This document shows, in pieces, positions 59,535-64,000 of a stretch of DNA of 64,000 bases. The position numbers and the translations under genes are program-made. Under the pieces are notes generated by a model. The model saw only the letters and a list, made by a program, of their open reading frames with translations, ran no database searches and had not been told where the DNA came from. Position 1 is the first letter of the stretch. Every line of letters begins with the position of its first letter. Origin of the DNA: an uncultured Candidatus Saccharibacteria bacterium (lineage in GTDB: Bacteria; Patescibacteriota; Minisyncoccia; Phycocordibacterales; UBA918). The stretch lies in contig CAZQIF010000001.1 of assembly GCA_964593375.1 (NCBI GenBank), forward strand, positions 6,405-70,404, read 5' to 3'.

Positions 59535-59897
59535 ATGAATAACGCTGACGCTCTAAATGCTGTAAAAAAGGATATTGCTCGAATTAATGCTGACATTACA
59601 AAAATTGAAACGCAAGAGAATGATGCAAAGAGAGAACTTGCAAAAGCAAGTGCAAAAGTACTCGAGGAAGAAAAGAAAGTAACTAAAGCGGAGCAAGAGC
59701 TTGCTCGAGCCAACGAAGATCTAAACAGGGTAGAATCAGTCGTTCGTCAAATCAATAGTAAGCAAGAGGGAATTGTGACCGAGAAGAAAAATATAACAAG
59801 CTTACTCACTGCAAAAAATTCAGAAATGGAAAAGCTTACCTTAGCAGTAAAATCAGATGCAGATAAAGCTAAGAAAGACTCTGAAACAACGAAATAG
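59535..59897 (+). CDS. Coiled-coil hypothetical protein
   Basis: Heptad-rich 120 aa. Confidence 0.75.
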   Translation: MNNADALNAVKKDIARINADITKIETQENDAKRELAKASAKVLEEEKKVTKAEQELARANEDLNRVESVVRQINSKQEGIVTEKKNITSLLTAKNSEMEKLTLAVKSDADKAKKDSETTK

Positions 59898-59902
59898 GTT
59901 CT

Positions 59903-60499
59903 ATGAGTTATTCGTATCGAATTGAACAGGCAATCCGCGCAGCGTCGGTCCTTCACAAGGGGCAGGTGCGTCGTGGACAAACACCATTTCCATATGTCAC
60001 CCACCTCTACGCCGTGGCATTTTTGGTAGCGGATTATACTGACGATGAAGATGTTATCGTCGGCGCACTGCTCCATGACACACTCGAAGATACCGACTAC
60101 ACACCTGAGGAACTACAAAACGACTTTGGTGGTACCGTAATGGAACTGGTGCTTGGAGTTACTGAGCCAGTAACTCCAACTGGAGAGAAGGTAAATTGGA
60201 AAGATAACAAAAAGCGCTATTTGAAACAACTGAGTAAAGCACCTAAAGGTTCACTCATGATTGCGGCTGCTGATAAAATCCACAATATGCGTTGTGTCGT
60301 TGAAGAATACTACGACAACCACTCACAGTTCCTCGCAGATTTTGGTGGTTCACTCGAGGAACGCTTGTTTATGTACCAAGAAATTAGTAATATCCTCAAT
60401 CGGAATCTCGATAACGGCATTCTCGCAGAGTTCAACCACGTATTTAAAGAATATAAGAATTTTATAGAGCAAGTACAACGAAACAATGAATATGCCTAA
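59903..60499 (+). CDS. HD-domain protein, (p)ppGpp hydrolase-like (small alarmone hydrolase/Mesh1 type)
   Basis: H.GQ.R...PYVTH, ALLHDTLEDT, ADKIHN. Confidence 0.88.
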   Translation: MSYSYRIEQAIRAASVLHKGQVRRGQTPFPYVTHLYAVAFLVADYTDDEDVIVGALLHDTLEDTDYTPEELQNDFGGTVMELVLGVTEPVTPTGEKVNWKDNKKRYLKQLSKAPKGSLMIAAADKIHNMRCVVEEYYDNHSQFLADFGGSLEERLFMYQEISNILNRNLDNGILAEFNHVFKEYKNFIEQVQRNNEYA

Positions 60500-61781
60500 A
60501 CGCACCTCTACCCTGAAAGCGCAGTTTAAGAAACTTGTGACGGTAGGCAATATCACCGAATACACATTTCAAAAAAACGGAATGCGTATTTTGAATGTAC
60601 GTGCAGACGCGTGCCCTACAGTTACCACCTGTATCGTCTATGGTGTTGGTTCACAGCATGAAGGGAAAGGTGAGACCGGGCTCGCGCATATGCTCGAGCA
60701 CATGCTTTTTAAAGAAACAGGAACGCAAGGCCCCACATGGAAGAAGCTCGAAGAAAAGGGTGCGGTACTGAATGCCACCACATGGCTCGATCGTACACTG
60801 TACTACTTCAATCTTCCAAAGCAGTATCTCGGCGACATGCTCGCGGTCGAAGCTGACCGTATGCGTAATGTAAAACTCACCAAGAAGGAATTCGAACCAG
60901 AGCGTACGAATGTCCTCAGTGAATACGAAATGCACAACAGCGAAGCTGAATCGGCGCTCGAATGGAACATCGTTGCGTCAGCATTTCAATCACACGGATA
61001 CAAACACGACACCATTGGATTCCGTACTGATATTGAAAACTACACAACCCTGAAACTACAAAACTTTTATAACAAATTTTATTGGCCTAACAACGCAACG
61101 CTCATCGTTGTGGGTGATATAGGAAAAATGGAACTATTTGAGAGTGTTGCACAGCACTTTGGGCACATTCCTCCGAATTTTGATTCAAAGCTTCATGAGA
61201 CGACACGTGAAATGAAGCAAGAGGGTGTACGACGCGTGGTACTTGAGCGCGAGACACCTATTCGTGCTGTCCATATTGCATTCAAGGCGCCTCCGTTTAC
61301 GAGCCGTGAGTGGACTGCACTCTATCTCGCGATTCTCCATCTTACTGACGGAAAGACAAGTGTTCTCTATAAAAAGCTTGTCGATACGCATCTTGCGACT
61401 GCAGTTGGGGGAAGTCTCTATCCAACCAAAGATCCATTTCTAGCTGAATTTTCTGTTACCGCGACCGAGAAGTCCTCGTATACAAAAATTGAACACGTCG
61501 TACGCACTGAAATTGATTTCCTCAAAAAGCATCCGATTCCTGCAAAACGACTTAAGGAACTGAAAACGTATGCGCATGCTGAAGAGCTTTTTTCACGCGA
61601 TGGTACACTCCGCATAGCTTCCCAGCTTGCTGAATACGTTGCAACGGGTGACTGGACGAGGTACGAGACTGAACTTACCGAATTAAAACAGATAACGGCG
61701 AAAGAAATTATGCAAGCGATAGCAACCTACCTCACGCTTCCACAGTCGACTGTTGGCACTATAGAAAAACCTTCACTATGA
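60486..61781 (+). CDS. M16 family zinc peptidase, active subunit
   Basis: GLAHMLEHMLFK (HxxEH), NATTWLDRT.Y, YWPNNATL. Confidence 0.93.
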   Translation: MNMPKRTSTLKAQFKKLVTVGNITEYTFQKNGMRILNVRADACPTVTTCIVYGVGSQHEGKGETGLAHMLEHMLFKETGTQGPTWKKLEEKGAVLNATTWLDRTLYYFNLPKQYLGDMLAVEADRMRNVKLTKKEFEPERTNVLSEYEMHNSEAESALEWNIVASAFQSHGYKHDTIGFRTDIENYTTLKLQNFYNKFYWPNNATLIVVGDIGKMELFESVAQHFGHIPPNFDSKLHETTREMKQEGVRRVVLERETPIRAVHIAFKAPPFTSREWTALYLAILHLTDGKTSVLYKKLVDTHLATAVGGSLYPTKDPFLAEFSVTATEKSSYTKIEHVVRTEIDFLKKHPIPAKRLKELKTYAHAEELFSRDGTLRIASQLAEYVATGDWTRYETELTELKQITAKEIMQAIATYLTLPQSTVGTIEKPSL

Positions 61782-63046
61782 ACTACACTTCACTAGCTCA
61801 CCTTGGCGCCGTAACTGTACAAAGTATCGTGCCTGTTGACGCACGCATGGTAACGGTCGCCATTTCGGTAAAAATCCATGGATACATGGAATCGATGAGC
61901 GATGAGCTCCTTCTGGCATATACACACCTCGCACTTTCCGGAACAAATGAAAAGGATGAGGAATCGATTGATGCGCATCTTCGCAGTAACGGTATAGTGC
62001 TCAGTGTGAGCACCGACCTTGGATTTGTGCATTACAAACTCACCACCGAAGCTTCATTACTCAAAAAAGGTCTCTCTATGGTGCACGAGCTCATTCACAA
62101 ATCGGTTTTTCCCCATGCTCATGTGAAGCGAACAATTGCACTTATGCTCGAAGAAAACCGAGAAGCACACGACGATGCAAAGCGCCGAGCTGAAGCTGAT
62201 TTTATAAACACACTGTACGCCTATGATTCGTATGTGCGCTACCACACGTTAGCGGAAGAGCGCGAAGAGATTACAAAGGTTTCGCGACAACGACTGCTTA
62301 ATTTACTACTCAATATTCGAGAGGGTGAGTGGTATATTTCTGTTGTCGGCAATGAAGTTGCTCTGCGAGAAGTCAAAGCATTTGCAAAGCAAGCAGGAAA
62401 ACATTCGACCAAAGTTGAGCGCGATGAGCTTGAGTATGCACATATCCAAAGTGCCCATACGTTCACAACCATCACAGGTAAAACTAATGTCGAAGTCCGT
62501 ATAGGAAACAGACTCCCCATTACTTTTCTCGAGAAGGAATATGTACCGCTCTCATTTGGACTTACCGTACTTGGTAAGATGGGTGGATTTTCAGGAAGAC
62601 TCATGAGCATAGTTCGTGAAAAGGAGGGACTCACCTATGGGATATACACAAAAATGAGTGCACCTGATATTACAAGTCTGGGTCACTGGAACATCTTCAC
62701 TTTTTTCACTGGAAAAGATCTTGCCCAAGGATTAACTTCGACCCTACGTGAAATCAAAAAAATTGTCACAAAGGGAATAACCGACAGGGAACTTGTGGTG
62801 TTTAAAGAAATTCTTGATAATCAATTTCTCATTGCACATGAATCAAACCGACAGCGTCTAGCGTTGTACCACTCGGTGGTGCTACAAGGAGGAACTGAGT
62901 TACTCATTACCGAAAACAGAATGAGGACACAAAAACTCACAAAACATGAAGTGAATGAAGCGCTCAAAAAATTCATTAATTCAAACAACCTTGCAGTAAC
63001 AGGCGCCGGTCCTGTCACCGAGGAGGGAATAGGAATAGTAAGTTAG
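61778..63046 (+). CDS. M16 family peptidase, non-catalytic partner
   Basis: No HxxEH; FSGRLMSIVREKEGLTYGI. Confidence 0.85.
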   Translation: MNYTSLAHLGAVTVQSIVPVDARMVTVAISVKIHGYMESMSDELLLAYTHLALSGTNEKDEESIDAHLRSNGIVLSVSTDLGFVHYKLTTEASLLKKGLSMVHELIHKSVFPHAHVKRTIALMLEENREAHDDAKRRAEADFINTLYAYDSYVRYHTLAEEREEITKVSRQRLLNLLLNIREGEWYISVVGNEVALREVKAFAKQAGKHSTKVERDELEYAHIQSAHTFTTITGKTNVEVRIGNRLPITFLEKEYVPLSFGLTVLGKMGGFSGRLMSIVREKEGLTYGIYTKMSAPDITSLGHWNIFTFFTGKDLAQGLTSTLREIKKIVTKGITDRELVVFKEILDNQFLIAHESNRQRLALYHSVVLQGGTELLITENRMRTQKLTKHEVNEALKKFINSNNLAVTGAGPVTEEGIGIVS

Positions 63047-63212
63047 CTCTTAGCGACTAGCTGTTAGCACTGAGCTTCTGGGTCCCGAGTCCCTGCCTGT
63101 CCGGTAGGCAGGGCAGGCAGGAAGCCCAGGATGACAAATGGATTAAAATTATATAACTAAATTCTGAGTTTGTAATTTAGCTTGTACTAAGAGCTAAGTG
63201 CTAAAAGCTAAT
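63044..63212. repeat. Heptamer repeats plus a palindromic element with nested insertion
   Basis: CTGGGTCCCGAGTC[CCTGCCTGTCCGGTAGGCAGGGCAGGCAGG]AAGCCCAGGATGAC flanked by TAGCNNN heptamers. Confidence 0.65.
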
Positions 63213-63261
63213 TTTTCTTGTATAGTATGACTCATTACCTATTTACATTAAGTGTTTTACT

Positions 63262-64000
63262 ATGTCTGGGAACGAAATTCGAAAAAAATATCTTGATTTC
63301 ATGGCTAAAAATGGGCATGCAATAATCCCATCGGCCGCGCTCGTGCCCCAAAATGATCCCACAACCCTCTTCACGGGCAGTGGCATGCAACCACTCGTCC
63401 CATATCTCATGGGCGAGAAGCACCCAATGGGAACACGCCTCAGTAACTCACAAAAATGTTTCCGTGCGGATGACATCGAAGAGGTAGGTGACAATCGACA
63501 TACAACTTTTTTTGAGATGCTCGGTAACTGGTCACTCGGTGACTACTTCAAGAAAGAACAGCTTCCTTGGTTTTACACATTTGTTACCGAAGAGGTAGGA
63601 CTTAATCCTGAAAATATTTATGTAACTGTTTTTGCCGGCAGTGAGGCGGACAATATTCCACGAGATGATGAGACAGTAGCGATTTGGCAAAGTGAGTTTC
63701 TTAAGCGTGGAGTTTCTAATGGTGTCGCACATATCGGTTCCGAAGAAGATGGTGGAAAGCGAGGAATCAAAGAGGGTGAACGAATTTTCTTTTACGACTC
63801 AGCTAAGAACTGGTGGAGTAGAGCAGGGAAGCCAGAAAAAATGCCCGTAGGTGAAATCGGTGGTCCTGATAGTGAAATGTTTTATGATTTTGGTACCCAG
63901 CACGACACGAAGTTTGGTGAGTACTGTCACCCAAACTGTGATTGTGGACGTTTTCTTGAAATTGGAAACTCAGTATTCATGGAGTACATCAAAACTGAAA
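63262..64000 (+). CDS. alaS: Alanine--tRNA ligase, N-terminal part (runs off window; not in the ORF track)
   Basis: MSGNEIRKKYLDF...DPTTLFTGSGMQPL...QKCFRADDIEEVGDNRHTTFFEMLGNWSLGDYFK. Confidence 0.97.
   Translation, partial: MSGNEIRKKYLDFMAKNGHAIIPSAALVPQNDPTTLFTGSGMQPLVPYLMGEKHPMGTRLSNSQKCFRADDIEEVGDNRHTTFFEMLGNWSLGDYFKKEQLPWFYTFVTEEVGLNPENIYVTVFAGSEADNIPRDDETVAIWQSEFLKRGVSNGVAHIGSEEDGGKRGIKEGERIFFYDSAKNWWSRAGKPEKMPVGEIGGPDSEMFYDFGTQHDTKFGEYCHPNCDCGRFLEIGNSVFMEYIKTE

Overview
64-kb chromosomal segment of a Patescibacteria/CPR bacterium, probably Parcubacteria (inferred from the gene repertoire, short or absent leaders and CPR-type hypothetical proteins). Housekeeping genes (atpD/atpC, prmC, ychF, typA, leuS, mltG, mnmA, alaS) surround an AT-rich accessory/defence island (~22.45-41.4 kb, between yjjX and ychF). 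The island carries an orphan PemK/MazF toxin, a soluble FtsK motor plus two stand-alone FtsK alpha-domain-like proteins, a YeeA/YeeB/YeeC-type methyltransferase-helicase-GIY-YIG trio, a C5 methyltransferase with a divergent putative endonuclease, DUF2130, HNH and a DUF3800 gene. The most notable non-coding signals are: (i) small RNA candidates with their own promoter and terminator converging on the pemK and DUF3800 genes (candidate RNA-antitoxin modules) and on atpC; (ii) a structured element in three dispersed copies with compensatory changes; (iii) 22-bp direct repeats at gene ends, one of which truncates an IS remnant; (iv) two matching ECF-sigma promoters. A PAICS-like PurC-PurE fusion and a Nudix insertion in LeuRS are also present. 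No rRNA, tRNA, CRISPR array or intact integrase/transposase was seen. All calls are by eye from motifs; no searches were run.
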